Assembly (NCBI GenBank): GCA_002269645.1
Contig: NIVC01000460.1
Coordinates: forward strand, 62,001-126,000
From: Macrostomum lignano
Taxonomy: Eukaryota
Direction: 5' to 3'
Length of the DNA: 64,000 nucleotides
Both the position numbers and the translations under genes were made by a program. Shown piece by piece: positions 10,156-23,789 of this stretch. Below the pieces are notes generated by a model. The model had not been told where the DNA came from, searched no databases, and saw only the letters and a list, made by a program, of their open reading frames with translations. The stretch's first letter is position 1; every line of letters starts with the position of its first letter.

Positions 10156-12062
10156 TGATGTAACCATGCTCTGGTCGCGGGATCTGGTGGGGGGAAATTT
10201 TTCGGAATCTCCCAGATCTCCCTTGACTCACCGGGCACAGCTGTCGAGACTGGGCCGGGTACCTGACCACCTGACTCCCGCTCTGTTGCATTCCCCTGCC
10301 GGCTCGGTTCCGTCTCCCACTCAGCCACACGTGCCTTTCCGAAGCCCCTTTTCTACTGCACCTCGTCTGCCTCCCCCATTTTTCACGCGTTTCACCCCAT
10401 GTATCATGAACTTATCATGTTCCTCATCTTCTTCACCATGTTTTAGCCCATTTTTCTTGCGCTGTCCCCTTCTCATGCGACACCCACCCCACCTCCGCTT
10501 CTATTGTTCTCGTTTTTGATTCTTTTGTTCTCGTTTTCGCACCCGATTAGCACCTTTTCTCCAATGTTTACTTTTCTATTGTTCTCGGCTCTCCGCCAAT
10601 TATCTCCGATTTCCATTTCCTTTGTTCTCGGTCTGATTCCCATTGTTCTCAGTGTTTGCTTGCGCAACACTATCTCGACCCCCCGCTGTGCTCATTATCC
10701 ACCCACCCTACCTCCAGATTGCGCAGTTTTCCCATTTCTTATGTTGCTATGCCGTTCTCATGCTTCTCATCATGACTCATTCTGACGTCATTCTGCCGGC
10801 AGCCAATCAGAGAGAGGGAGTCATGGAAACGACCTTGGAGCAGCGGCCGTGAGGACTATTTAAGGGAGTGATTTTCGGCGTGAGAACACTACTTGCCGTG
10901 AATAGTACTTTCCGCCAGACGTTGATCTGACCCCCCATTCGTCTATAGGACGAATCTCTGCCGGCCCGCGATCTGATACCGCCCAGCATCCTCAGCATCG
11001 CCTGAGCTACATCAGCGCCTCGTCGCTCCAGCGCATCGCCGCTTCACTACCTGCCTGTCCGCAGCCAACGGCCGCCCTCGGTCACTCCATCGCTCTCTCT
11101 CTCTCTCTGTGCAGCCGCCGGTAAGTTCCTGTACTAATTTGTGCTCTAATTGCCTTTGCTTATCTGGGGTTTGCTTATTTCTCATTGCTTGATTAGAGAG
11201 CTGAGCCAATTGTGTTACCGTATCTTTGCTGTATCTTACTCAATAGTGAAGCCGCCTAATTGCCTGTTGTTTTTGCCTAAGGGCCTAATTATTAAAAACC
11301 ATTACTAAACTCCTCATTATTCACACATTCACCATCATTTCACCCATGGCTCGCTAAGCCTTTCTGCCTGGGTGGCAAAGCATAAGGAAGTTTGAGTAAG
11401 CTAATGGCCTCTCCCCATGCAAAGCCCGCCTGTGAGTGCGTGCTGCGGGTCCGTGTGTGCGTGCAATAGAGGGAATTAGCGGGTCTTGGCACAGAATGGC
11501 GGCAGGAAGGTTGCAACCCCATGCTTACGCGTCCCTTCGCCCGGAGCAATCTAAACTATAGACAGTACATGTTCGCCTCACCCTACTCTTAGTAATTGAA
11601 ACCGCAAGTCCGCCTCGTTCACAGCCACAAAGGATCCCCTGCTGAGAAATCCTCCAGATTGAGCCCAGAGTTCCCGAATAGAGCAGAGTCCCTGTACACG
11701 GCTGCATGTGTCACCCCTGTTAGCCTAAATTCCCTGGTAACCAATCCAGGCGGGGCTCTAGCCTCGAGAGGTCTGGTAGTGAGATCTAGGTGCGCCAGGT
11801 CACATAGAGTGGTGGCAGCCACTCGGTCATGCTATGACCGAGTGACCAATATTGCACCTTGGCTACAGGTGGGGTCCATGTGGGTCCTTGGCCCTCTGGT
11901 CACGAAAGCGCTACCAAAGCTATCAATCATATGGGCGGGACAGTCTGGTGCTGAAGGTCCGTCAGGTCATTGCCCGGTCATAGGCAGCCTACGGTCATTG
12001 CCCCCTATGGTCATACGCCCTCCTCCCCGCTGAGCAGACGGTCATCAAGGGCGGTTACATCA
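10156..12062. mobile_element. 1.9-kb non-coding insertion with TG...CA ends; solo LTR or non-autonomous TIR element
   Basis: Perfect 10-bp terminal inverted repeat TGATGTAACC (10156-10165) / GGTTACATCA (12053-12062). Interrupts one minisatellite with a 4-bp target duplication AGTT/GGTT (1 mismatch). No transposase or RT motif seen. Confidence 0.75.
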
Positions 12063-12525
12063 GGTTCATAAGTTCATGAGTTCATGAGTGAATTCATGAG
12101 TTCATGAGTGAGTTCATGAGTTCATGAGTTCATGAGTGAGTTCATGAGTGAGTTCATGAGTGAGTTCATGAGTGAGTTCATGAGTTCATGAGTGAGTTCA
12201 TGAGTTCATGAGTGAGTTCATGAGTGAGTTCATAAGTTCATGAGTTCATGAGTGAGTTCATGAGTGAGTTCATAAGTTCATGAGTTCATGAGTGAGTTCA
12301 TGAGTGAGTTCATGAGTGAGTTCATGAGTGAGTTCATGAGTTCATGAGTGAGTTCATGAGTTCATGAGTGAGTTCATGAGTGAGTTCATGAGTTCATGAG
12401 TGAGTTCATGAGTTCATGAGTGAGTTCATGAGTTCATGAGTGAGTTCATAAGTGAGTGAGTTCATGAGTGAGTTCATGAGTGAGTGAGTTCATGAGTGAG
12501 TTCATGAGTGAGTGAGTGAGTGAGT
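12063..12525. repeat. GAGTGAGTTCAT / GAGTTCAT minisatellite, right half
   Basis: Direct reading; mix of 8- and 12-bp units. Confidence 0.95.
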
Positions 12526-12763
12526 AAGGCAAACATCCAGCTCAGCTCTTTCCTCATACTCTTACAGCCAATAGAAGAAGAGCGGCAGTGCAGGCGCCCC
12601 CGTATTGGCAGTGCTCAAATCGTTAGTTGGGATAAATGCTCCCTTCATACAGCCTTCTTAACCGCTGATTTGCCTTTTCCTCAATCATTAACGCAGATAT
12701 ATCTGTAGATAGTAAAAAGCTATCATAAATCTGAGCAGTCGGTTCGGCATTTCTGCTGGCGTC

Positions 12764-15700
12764 ATGTTCTCAACATTGGCCGGAGGTCGCAGGTATCCGG
12801 GATCAATCGCGCACAGGCACAAGAATGTCACATTTGGCAAAGTTGCCGTCGGAGTGGCCAAGGGAACCGCGATGATTGGTGAGTTGCGGTTGTGGGGAGC
12901 AATGGCTCATGAGATGCAGGGTGTGAGAGTGGAGGGAGAGATGCAGGGTGTGAGAGTGCAGGGAGCTAAATGCAGGGTGTGAGAGTGCAGGGAGCTAAAT
13001 GCAGGGTGTGAAAGTGTAGGGAGCTAAATGCAGGGTGTGAGAGTGCAGGGAGCTAAATTCAGGGTGTGAGAGGGTAGGGAGCTAATTGCAGGGTGTGAGT
13101 GTGCAGGGAGCTAAATGCAGGGCGTGAGAGTGCAGGAAGCTAGATGCAGGGTGTGAGTGTGCAGGGAGTTAGATGCAGGGTGTGAGTGTGCAGGGAGTTA
13201 GATGCAGGGCGTGAGAGTGCAGGGAGCTAATTGCAGGGTGTGAGAGTGCAGGGAGCTAAATGCAGGGCGTGAGAGTGCAGGAAGCTAGATGCAGGGTGTG
13301 AGTGTGCAGGGAGTTAGATGCAGGGCGTGAGAGTGCAGGGAGTTAGATGCATGGTGTGAGAGTGAAGGGAGCTAAATGCAGGGTGTGAGAGTGCAGGGAG
13401 CTAAATGCAGGGTGTGAGAGTGCAGGGAGCTAAATGCAGGGTGTGAGAGTGAAGGGAGCTAAATGCAGGGTGTGAGAGAGTGCAGGGAGCTAAATGCAGG
13501 GTGTGAGAGAGTGCAGGGAGCTAAATGCAGGGTGAGAGTGCAGGGAGTTAGATGCAGGGTGCGAGAGTGCAGGGAGCTAAATGCAGGGTGTGAGAGAGTG
13601 CAGGGAGCTAAATGCAGGGTGAGAGAGTGCAGGGAGTTAGATGCAGGTTGTGAGAGTGCAGGGAGCTAAATGCAGGGTGTGAGAGTGAAGGGAGCTAAAT
13701 GCAGGGTGTGAGAGAGTGCAGGGAGCTAAATGCAGGGTGTGAGAGAGTGCAGGGAGCTAAATGCAGGGTGAGAGTGCAGGGAGTTAGATGCAGGGTGCGA
13801 GAGTGCAGGGAGCTAAATGCAGGGTGTGAGAGAGTGAAGGGAGCTAAATGCAGGGTGTGAGAGTGCAGGGAGCTAAATGCAGGGTGTGAGAGAGCAGGGA
13901 GCTAAATGCAGGGTGTGAGAGTGCAGGGAGCTAAATGCAGGGTGAGAGAGTGCAGGGAGCTAAATGCAGGGTGAGAGAGTGCAGGGAGTTAGATGCAGGT
14001 TGTGAGAGTGCAGGGAGCTAAATGCAGGGTGTGAGAGTGAAGGGAGCTAAATGCAGGGTGTGAGAGAGTGCAGGGAGCTAAATGCAGGGTGTGAGAGAGT
14101 GCAGGGAGCTAAATGCAGGGTGAGAGTGCAGGGAGTTAGATGCAGGGTGCGAGAGTGCAGGGAGCTAAATGCAGGGTGTGAGAGAGTGAAGGGAGCTAAA
14201 TGCAGGGTGTGAGAGTGCAGGGAGCTAAATGCAGGGTGTGAGAGAGCAGGGAGCTAAATGCAGGGTGTGAGAGTGCAGGGAGCTAAATGCAGGGTGAGAG
14301 AGTGCAGGGAGCTAAATGCAGGGTGTGAGAGTGCAGGGAGCTAAATGCAGGGTGTGAGAGTGCAGGGAGCTAAATGCAGGGTGAGAGAGTGCAGGGAGCT
14401 AAATGCAGGGTGTGAGAGTGCAGGGAGCTAAATGCAGGGTGTGAGAGTGCAGGGAGCTAAATGCAGGGTGTGAGAGTGCAGGGAGCTAAATGCAGGGTGA
14501 GAGAGTGCAGGGAGCTAAATGCAGGGTGTGAGAGTGCAGGGAGCTAAATGCAGGGTGTGAGAGTGCAGGGAGCTAAATGCAGGGTGAGAGAGTGCAGGGA
14601 GCTAAATGCAGGGTGTGAGAGTGCAGGGAGAAATCAAATTTGCTGGTGAATAGGCAGGACAAAAACCGAAAGCCAGTCACCACTTAGGTACTGGTGGGAT
14701 TAAATAATCTATGAAAAAGCTTTCCTAAATTTTTATCTAACCCTTTTGCTGCCCCCGCAAGCAGGAGGCGCCTTGCAATATCGAAAATCAATCAATCCCC
14801 AGTAATTGCGGAGCAAATTTGATCCCACAACATTTTTGTAGAGTACCTATCTTGCGATTAAGATGCATGAGCGTTATTGCTTTGACGTTATTTGAAACAG
14901 TTTTTTTGAGAAAACAGAAATTATTTTTTTTGAAAAATTATTATTGACTCAGTAATCCATTCTTTAAAAAATTCATAATGGCCATTGAAGATTTAAAAAA
15001 ACATTTCTTTGAAAAATATTTTTGCATAGTTTATGAAAATTTCTCCTCCAAACAGACGCCTCTTTCAGCCACTTTTTCTCTCTCTCTTTGCCCTCTCTTT
15101 TCCCTCCTTTCTCCCTCTCTTTGCCCTCTCTTTGCCCTCCTTTCCCCCACTCTTTGCCCTCCTTTCTCCCTCTCCTTCCTACCCCAACCCTACCCCAACC
15201 CTACCCCAACCCTACCCCAACCCTACCCCAACCCTACCCAACCCTATTCTAACCCTTCCTAATCCTACCCTAAGCTTACCCCAACTCTACCCTAAGCTTA
15301 CCCCAACTCTACCCCAACTCTACCCCAACTCTACCCCAACTCTACCCCAACTCTACCCCAACTCTACCCCAACTCTACCCCAACTCTACCCCAACTCTAC
15401 CCCAACTCTACCCCAACTCTACCCCAACTCTACCCCAACTCTACCCCAACTCTACCCCAACCCGCAGTGATCGGGGTGCCAGTCTGCACGATCGCTGCTG
15501 GCCTGGGCGCCACCGCTATTGTTGCCTACGGCCTCGCCAGCCCGTTCTATTATGGCGGCCGGAAACTGGTGCGGAAAATCCGCAGAAATCGCCTACACCG
15601 CCGGGATGAGCTGCTGGGGGCCGCCGGGGACAACGCGGATGCCACAGCCGCCGCAGCTGCTGACCGACTCACCCGCGAGGACATTCTCATCTGGTTGGAG

Positions 15701-18700
15701 AACTGCGACGATGCCGAATTCTGTAGGTGTCGATGGCTCTTATTGTCTCAAATCCCACACTCTCAGATCCCACACTCTCAGATCCCACACTCTCAGATCA
15801 CACACTCTCAGATCCCACACTCTCAAATCCCACACTCTCAGATCCCACACTCTCAGATCCCACACTCTCAGATCCCACACTCTCAGATCCCACACTCTCA
15901 GATCCCACACTCTCAGATCCCACACTCTCAGATCCCACACTCTCAAATCCCACACTGTCAGATCCCACACTCTCAGATCCCACACTCTCAGATCCCACAC
16001 TCTCAGATCCCACACTCTCAGATCCCACACTCTCAGATCCCACACTCTCAGATCCCACACTCTCAGATCCCACACTCTCAGATCCCACACTCTCAGATTC
16101 CACACTATCAGATCCCACACTATCAGATCCCACACTCTCAGATCCCACACTCTCAGATCCACCACCTCATATTTCTAGGTTAGAGTCTAAATATGGTCAG
16201 ATCCCCTGTCTTCAAGTGTAATTTCACACTGATATTGTACTCAAAGCAGCTCAGCAGTTGGAATCGCATGCTCAAGCACGACTGAATATTTGATGTGAAA
16301 ATTTATTCTTTCCAAGACGATGCTGCTATGTACCGCCAGCTTCACATCAAAGAAGCCGCGAGAATTAAACAATGTGTTGCTATGCGTCGGTTGGGTCAGA
16401 AGTAGGAAATTCAGGGTTTAACTTCGGTCAGACCGTCCATATTTGGTGCCTTACTTCCATTGCAAAAACAAGATAGGATACAGTGCTATGAAATTCATTC
16501 TACTTTTTCAAAATTTGAATTTTCAACGCCTATCCCAATTTCTAAATCCCAAATCCCCATTTCCCTATTCCGAATCCTCATTTCCGCATTCCGAATCCCC
16601 ATTTCCCCATTCCGAATCCCCATTTCCCCATTCCGAATCTTCATTTCCCATCCCGAATCCCAATTTCACTATTCCGAATCCCAATTTCCCATTCCGAATC
16701 CCTATTTCCCCATCCCGAATCCCCATTTCCCTATTCCGAATCCCAATTTCCCCATTCCGAATCATCATTTCCCCATTCCGAATCCCCATTCCCCCATTCC
16801 GAATCCTCATTCCCCCATTCCGAATCCTCATTTCCCCATTCCGAATCCCAATTTCCCTATTCCGAATCCTCATTTCCCCATTCCGAATCCTCATTCCCCC
16901 ATTTCGAATCCTCATTTCCCATTCCGAATCCTCATTCCCCCATTCCGAATCCTCATTTCCCATTCCGAATCCCAATTTCCCTATTCCGAATCCTTATTTC
17001 CCCATTCCGAATCCTCATTCCCCCATTCCGAATCCTCATTTCCCCATTTCGAATCCCCATTTCCCCATTCTGAATCCTCATTTCCCCATTCCGAATCCTC
17101 ATTCCCCCATTCCGAATCCCCATTCCCCCATTCCGAATCCTCATTTCACTATTCCGAATCCTCATTCCCCCATTCCGAATCCTCATTTCCCATTCCGAAT
17201 CCTCATTCCCCCATTCCGAATCCTCATTTCCCCATTCCGAATCCCAATTTCCCTATTCCGAATCCTTATTTCCCCATTCCGAATCCTCATTCCCCCATTC
17301 CGAATCCTCATTTCCCCATTTCGAATCCCCATTTCCCCATTCTGAATCCTCATTTCCCCATTCCGAATCCTCATTCCCCCATTCCGAATCCTCATTCCCC
17401 CATTTCGAATCCCCATTCCCCCATTCCGAATCCTCATTTCACTATTCCGAATCCTCATTCCCCCATTCCGAATCCTCATTTCCCCATCCTGAATCCCCAT
17501 TTCTACACTTTGAACCCCAATTTCCAAGTTTCACTTGTGCATCCCAAATTTCATAAATGGTTCAGACTCGGCTCAGCAAGACGACATACCGCTCACATGT
17601 ACATCGCACGCCTCCGAGTCCACCTCCTCGTCATCTGAGGTGGCAGCAGCGGGGGCAGCAGCGGTGCGCAAGAAGCCAGCTCTGAGGCGGCTCTTCAGCC
17701 GAGAGAGTCGCAGTTTTGTGCTGCAGAAGGAGCAGCAATTGCAGCAGCAGCAGCAGCAGCCGCAGCAACAGCAGTTGCAGAAGCATCGCACCAAGCGACT
17801 GCAGTACAGTGAACTGGTTAGCGAGGAGGCCGAATCTGGGGACGAGTCAGGTGAGACAGACTGACTGTATGCTGTTTACTGTATGCTGTATGCTGTTGGC
17901 TGTTTACTGTATGCTGCATGCTGTTTGCTGTATGCTGTTGACTGTATGCTGTTTACTGTATGCTGTATGCTGTTGACTGTATGCTGTTTGCTGTATGCTG
18001 TATGCTGTTTGCTGTTTACTGTATGCTGCATGCTGTTTGCTGTATGCTGTTTACTGTATTCTGTTTGCTGTATGCTGTATGCTGTTTGCTGTATGCTGTT
18101 TACTGTATTCTGTTTGCTGTATGCTGTATGCTGTTTGCTGTATGCTGCGTACTGTATGCTTTTTACTGCGTGCTGTTTACTGAATGCTGTATTCTGTATA
18201 CTACTATACATCATAGTCACTTTGATGTATAGTACATAGTGTACTTTTTATCATATGAACTATAAGTTTCGGAATTCTGAACACTTTAATCCCAACAGAG
18301 CTAGGACAGATCATACTACACCATTACTAGCCACACTAAATTGTAAAAGCAGCCAGGCAAACCACTCGCTTATAAACTTCTTTTACGATGTCGCGGTTGA
18401 TCAATAAATTATTCACACGCAAGCCTACCCGATCTAAGTAACTCTGCAAGCTGAGGGTGGCTTTTTCCTAATAGAGATTTTCCTATAAATACATGTATCA
18501 CAATGGCGTGTAAGTCCCCCAGTCTTTGCAATAATCCTCGCATATCAAAACAAATTTTTTGATAATCTGAAAGCGCAGAAAAGAGGTTTTCGCGAAAAGG
18601 CTTCTAATCCTGATGGAACAGGGGCTTCCCGAAGCTTGCTTGGCTCTCTTTGGCATTGAATCGGAATTTTTAGAGAAGTTCTGCATGAGAGAAATATTTG

Positions 18701-21700
18701 AGTGGCTATTTTTGTAAGAGAATACAAGAGCTTATCATACAGTGAAATCCAACAACAGATCAATGCAGTGTAGGGACATTTATTGGAAATAATTGAAGCC
18801 TAAGATTTCGCGGGGAGACGGGAAATGGAAACGTAGATGGGTTTGAAAATTATAGAGATTTCAAATCTGCAGGAGGATTAGGCGATGGGGCAGGGTAAAA
18901 AAGGAAAAGGAGAGGGGTAGGGTAAGCAGGGAGGGGTAGATAGAGAAGAGTAGATAGGGAAGAGTAGATAGGCAAGGGTAGATAGGCAAGGGTAGATAGG
19001 GAAGGGTAGATACGGAAGGGTAGATAGGCAAGGGTAGATAGGCAAGGGTAGATAGGGAAGGGTAGATAGGGAAGGATAGATAGGCAAGGGTAGATAGGGA
19101 AGGGTAGATAGGGAAGGGTAGGGAAGGTTAGACAGGAACGGGTAGATAGGGAAGGGTAGATAGGGAAGGGTAGGTAGGGAAGGGTAGATAGGGAAGGGTA
19201 GATAGGGAAGGGTAGATAGGGAAGGTTAGACAGGAACGGGTAGATAGGGAAGGGTAGATAGGGAACGTTAGACAGGAACGGGTAGATAGGGAAGGGTAGA
19301 TAGGGAAGGGTAGATAGGGAAGGGTAGATAGGGAAGGTTAGACAGGAACGGGTAGATAGGGAAGGGTAGATAGGGAAGGGTAGATAGGGAAGGGTAGATA
19401 GGGAAGGTTAGACAGGAACGGGTAGATAGGGAAGGGTAGATAGGGAAGGGTAGATAGGCAAGGGTAGATATGGAAGGGAGGGGGCTCATATTGATTGAGA
19501 TTGAAAGGAAAGAGGCGAGGAAGGGAAGGAGCGAAGGGGAATATGGGAAAAGGCTTAGAGAGAAAGAAGATGGAGAGGAATAGAGAGAGAAGTTACATGT
19601 AGGCATTGCCCGAGAAAGAGCCATCGCGGGTTCAAGCATGATGGCATTTGTTGGAATGAGTCCATCAAAAAGAATTTTCTTGCTAGCCACAGACATGGAC
19701 AGCTGCTGCAGCAGAATCAACATCAAATTCTCCCCAACTGGGAATTCGCAACCCGATGTCGCTTGGTGCGGAAAAAATAATTCTTTATTAGCCAGTATCG
19801 TCTCATAAATCAATATTTTGATGTGAATTATAAGATGCAGACGGACCGGACGATTCTGCAATGGGAAAAAATTCACAAGCGCGAAAATTTAAAGGCTCTG
19901 TATAATGCAGGTTCGTTAAAGTAGCTAGAAATTTTGATTTGAGAAATAGAGATAGAGAAGGGGAGGGAGAGAGAAAGCAGAAAGGGGGAGAAAATGGCTG
20001 AGTGGGAGGGGTAGAGAGGGAGGGGAGAGCAAGGGGAAGAAAGGAGATGAGAGAGAGGAGATGAGTAGAGAGGGAGGGGGAGAGAGGGAGAGGAAGAGAG
20101 GGAGGGGGGAGAATAAAGATGGGAGAGAGGAGATGAGTAGAGAGGGAGGGGAAGAGAGGGAGAGGGAGAGAGGGAGGGGGAGAGAGGGAGGGGAGAGACG
20201 GAGGGGAGGGGAGAGAGGGAGGGGAGAGGGAGGGGAGAGAGGGAGGGTGGAGAGGGAGGGGAGAGGGAGAGGGGGAGAGAGAGGGGGAGAGGGAGGGGAG
20301 AGAGGTAAGCAAGCGGCCAGTATCAGGGATATTCTAGAAAAATCGAATTACGCAGGAGCAGCGCAGCACTTCTCCGCCAGCTCACATCCGAGTCTCCATA
20401 TCCGATCGAATGCAGGAATAACCAGGCTGTATCCTTCGCCTCTGCCTCACATTTGTGTACACTGTGACATTACGATGGCGAAGTGGCTGGGGCCCAGCTG
20501 CAGCAGCAGCAGCTCCTTCAGACTAAGTGGCCCTTACCTCGTGCGAAACTGTTAGTCAGTAATTATGCCTTAGAATATGAGGGCAGCCAGATGCAGTAGG
20601 CTTTCATTATTCATTTTTAATTATTTTTAAAATAGGCTTCCTCTAAGCGCACTCGAAAAAAATCGAAATATCCAAATTAATACCCGTTCGCTCGTACTTG
20701 AACACTTCTGAAAAGACTTACTAAACACAAATTAAACATAAAAAGTGAATATTTTATCGATGAAAATACCCAGTCATAAATAAAATACACTACTAAGTAG
20801 CACCGCGTCAACAAAATACCCCGATGTATTATCATAGTCTTATAATAAAATACCCCGATGAATTATCATATTATTATAGAAAATACCCCGATGAATTATC
20901 ATATTATTATAGAAAATACCCCGATGAATTATCATATTAATATAGAAAATACCCCGATGAATTATCATATTAATATAGAAAATACCCCAATGAATTATCA
21001 TATTATTATAGAAAATACCCCGATGAATTATCATATTATTATAGAAAATACCCCGATGAATTATCATATTATTATAGAAAATACCCCGATGAATTATCAT
21101 ATTATTATAGAAAATACCCCGATGAATTATCATATTATTATAGAAAATACCCCGATGAATTATCATATTATTATAGAAAATACCCCGATGAATTATCATA
21201 TTATTATAGAAAATACCCCGATGAATTATCATATTATTATAGAAAATACCCCGATGAATTATCATATTATTATAGAAAATACCCCGATGAATTATCATAT
21301 TATTATAGAAAATACCCCGACGAATTATCATATTATTATAGAAAATACCCCGATGAATTATCATATTATTATAGAAAATACCCCGATGAATTATCATATT
21401 AATATAGAAAATACCCCGATGAATTATCATATTATTATAGAAAATACCCCGATGAATTATCATATTATTATAGAAAATACCCCGATGAATTATCATATTA
21501 ATATAGAAAATACCCCGATGAATTATCATATTATTATAGAAAATACCCCGACGAATTATCATATTATTATAGAAAATACCCCGATGAATTATCATATTAT
21601 TATAGAAAATACCCCGATGAATTATCATATTAATATAGAAAATACCCCGATGAATTATCATATTATTATAGAAAATACCCCGATGAATTATCATATTATT

Positions 21701-23558
21701 ATAGAAAATACCCCGATGAATTATCATATTATTATAGAAAATACCCCGATGAATTATCATATTAATATAGAAAATACCCCGATGAATTATCATATTAATA
21801 TAGAAAATACCCCGATGAATTATCATATTATTATAGAAAATACCCCGATGAATTATCATATTAATATAGAAAATACCCCGATGAATTATCATATTATTAT
21901 AGAAAATACCCCGATGAATTATCATATTATTATAGAAAATACCCCGATGAATTATCATATTATTATAGAAAATACCCCGATGAATTATCATATTAATATA
22001 GAAAATACACCGATGAATTATAATATTAATATAGAAAATACCCCGATGAATTATCATATTAATATAGAAAATACCCCGATGAATTATCATATTATTATAG
22101 AAAATACCCCGATGAATTATCATATTAATATAGAAAATACCCCGATGAATTATAATATTAATATAGAAAATACCCCGACGAATTATCATATTATTATAGA
22201 AAATACCCCGATGAATTATCATATTATTATAGAAAATACCCCGATGAATTATCATATTATTATAGAAAATACCCCAAAGTTTTTATATTCTCATAGGAAA
22301 ATACTCTAAACAATTTTCATATTCCCTTATAAAAAATACCACAAGATGTCCTCTCCAGGATGTGCCAGTCATTGCAAATCACATTATTCTCAAACATCTA
22401 GGACTGGGTGCAATGGAATACATTGACAGGCCGTGTTTTACAATTACAGTTCAGCGCATAAATAGATGATGAAGTGATAAAGCTGAGCAACCGTTTCAAT
22501 CGCAGGCTCATCGCGCTCTTTAACTTGATCTCCATTGCAACTGCAGCCACGATTTTACATGCACGTGAGCGGAGATCAATAAAATTGAAAATAAGCCACC
22601 AAATTCGCTCAAAGTCTGAAAGTTCTCAAAAATTACGCCCACACATTAACTGATTTCTTAAGAGACTACTGAAAATCACCTAGATACCCGACTCTTCCAG
22701 CCGTTTGATCTGTCGCACGCACTTCTCTTTTTTTACTTTTGATCTTACCGCCTCACTATCGATCCTTATCTTTGATCTAACCGCCCCACTCTCGATCCTT
22801 ATCTTTAGATCTGATCGCCTCACTCTCGATCATTTTCTTTTGATCTGATCGCCTCACTCTCGATCCTTTTCTTTTGATCTGACCGCCTCACTCTCGATCC
22901 TTTTGATCTGACCGCCTCACTCTCGATCCTTTTGATCTGACCGCCTCACTCTCGATCCTTTTGATCTGACCGCCTCACTCTCGATCCATTTGATTTGACC
23001 GCCTCATTCTCGATCCTTGTCTTTTGATCTGAGACCGCCTCACTCTCCCGTCTCCCTATCCTTTGATCTGACCGACTTTAACTCTCATTATCTTTTGATC
23101 TAACCGGCACTGCTAACCCCCCCCCCCCAGACCACTCGGACCTGTGGAAGGAGATGCAGTCAGCCGTGAGTCGCCTACGCGAGGACCGGCACTCGATCTG
23201 TCCGGAGACCGTGGTCGCCATGGACCAGCCGCTGCTGCTCACGGACGGCCAGGACGTCCTGCGATTCGTCCGCCAACTGCAGCTGGACGGCCATCTCGGC
23301 CAGATGATGCGGGCCAACTCGATGCCGACTTTGAGCAGCGTAGAGTCCTCCGAGCTCACGGGCATGTTGGACTCGGGCGAGCCACCTGCGGGATCGGCAG
23401 AGGGGAAGGACGACCTGCCGCTGCAGTCAACTGAGGACCAGGTGGGCTGCCTGCAGCAGCAGCGGGCCAGCAACCGGACGAAACAGCAGCGCAGGTACAA
23501 GCGGACAGTGTCCGAGGGCTGCGGCATGGCGGCACAGGCGACTCTGCTGAAGGGCTAG
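12764..23558 (+). CDS. Unknown spliced gene, ~386 aa, with a long hydrophobic segment followed by a basic stretch. Exons 12764-12878, 15468-15722, 16317-16394 (tentative), 17566-17850, 23131-23558
   Basis: All junctions are GT-AG and phase 1 throughout. The last acceptor has TGCTAAC + poly-C + AG. The joined frame reads ...KVAVGVAKGTAMIVIGVPVCTIAAGLGATAIVAYGLASPFYYGGRKLVRKIRRNR... through to TAG at 23558. The 5' end is uncertain. Confidence 0.6.
12909..14630. repeat. ~29-bp intronic minisatellite GTGCAGGGAGCTAAATGCAGGGTGTGAGA
   Basis: Direct reading; 27-31-bp variants with higher-order repeated blocks. Confidence 0.95.
15176..15462. repeat. 11-bp minisatellite CTCTACCCCAA running up to the splice acceptor
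   Basis: Direct reading. Confidence 0.95.
15746..16162. repeat. 15-bp minisatellite CAGATCCCACACTCT
   Basis: Direct reading. Confidence 0.95.
16545..17505. repeat. ~21-bp minisatellite CCCCATTCCGAATCCTCATTT
   Basis: Direct reading. Confidence 0.95.
17866..18200. repeat. Degenerate TGTATGCTGTT(TAC/TGC) repeat
   Basis: Direct reading; starts just after the exon donor at 17851. Confidence 0.9.
18915..19478. repeat. 15-bp minisatellite GGTAGATAGGGAAGG
   Basis: Direct reading. Confidence 0.9.
19950..20302. repeat. Purine-rich (GA) low-complexity tract
   Basis: Direct reading. Confidence 0.9.
20808..22277. repeat. 33-bp AT-rich minisatellite TACCCCGATGAATTATCATATTATTATAGAAAA, about 44 copies
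   Basis: Direct reading; explains the MNYHIIIENTP and MIIHRGIFYNN pseudo-ORFs. Confidence 0.95.
22725..23100. repeat. ~29-bp minisatellite GATCTGACCGCCTCACTCTCGATCCTTTT
   Basis: Direct reading; ends just before the branch point of the last exon. Confidence 0.9.
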
Positions 23559-23789
23559 CCGAAGGGATTAAGGATTAATGGATCGTGTTTTGGAGATTAG
23601 AGAGCCGGCGGTAATTAATCAGCGAATGAGAGACTTTGTCCCCCCCTGATTCTGTGCATGCCAGTAATTAATAACAATTTACCGAGTGGAGGAAGCAATA
23701 GACTCATATTGCTAATGGGATCTCAGCTCATATAGCTGATTCTGTCCTAATACACAATGGGATTTAACTTTCCTCAACCCCAACAATAG

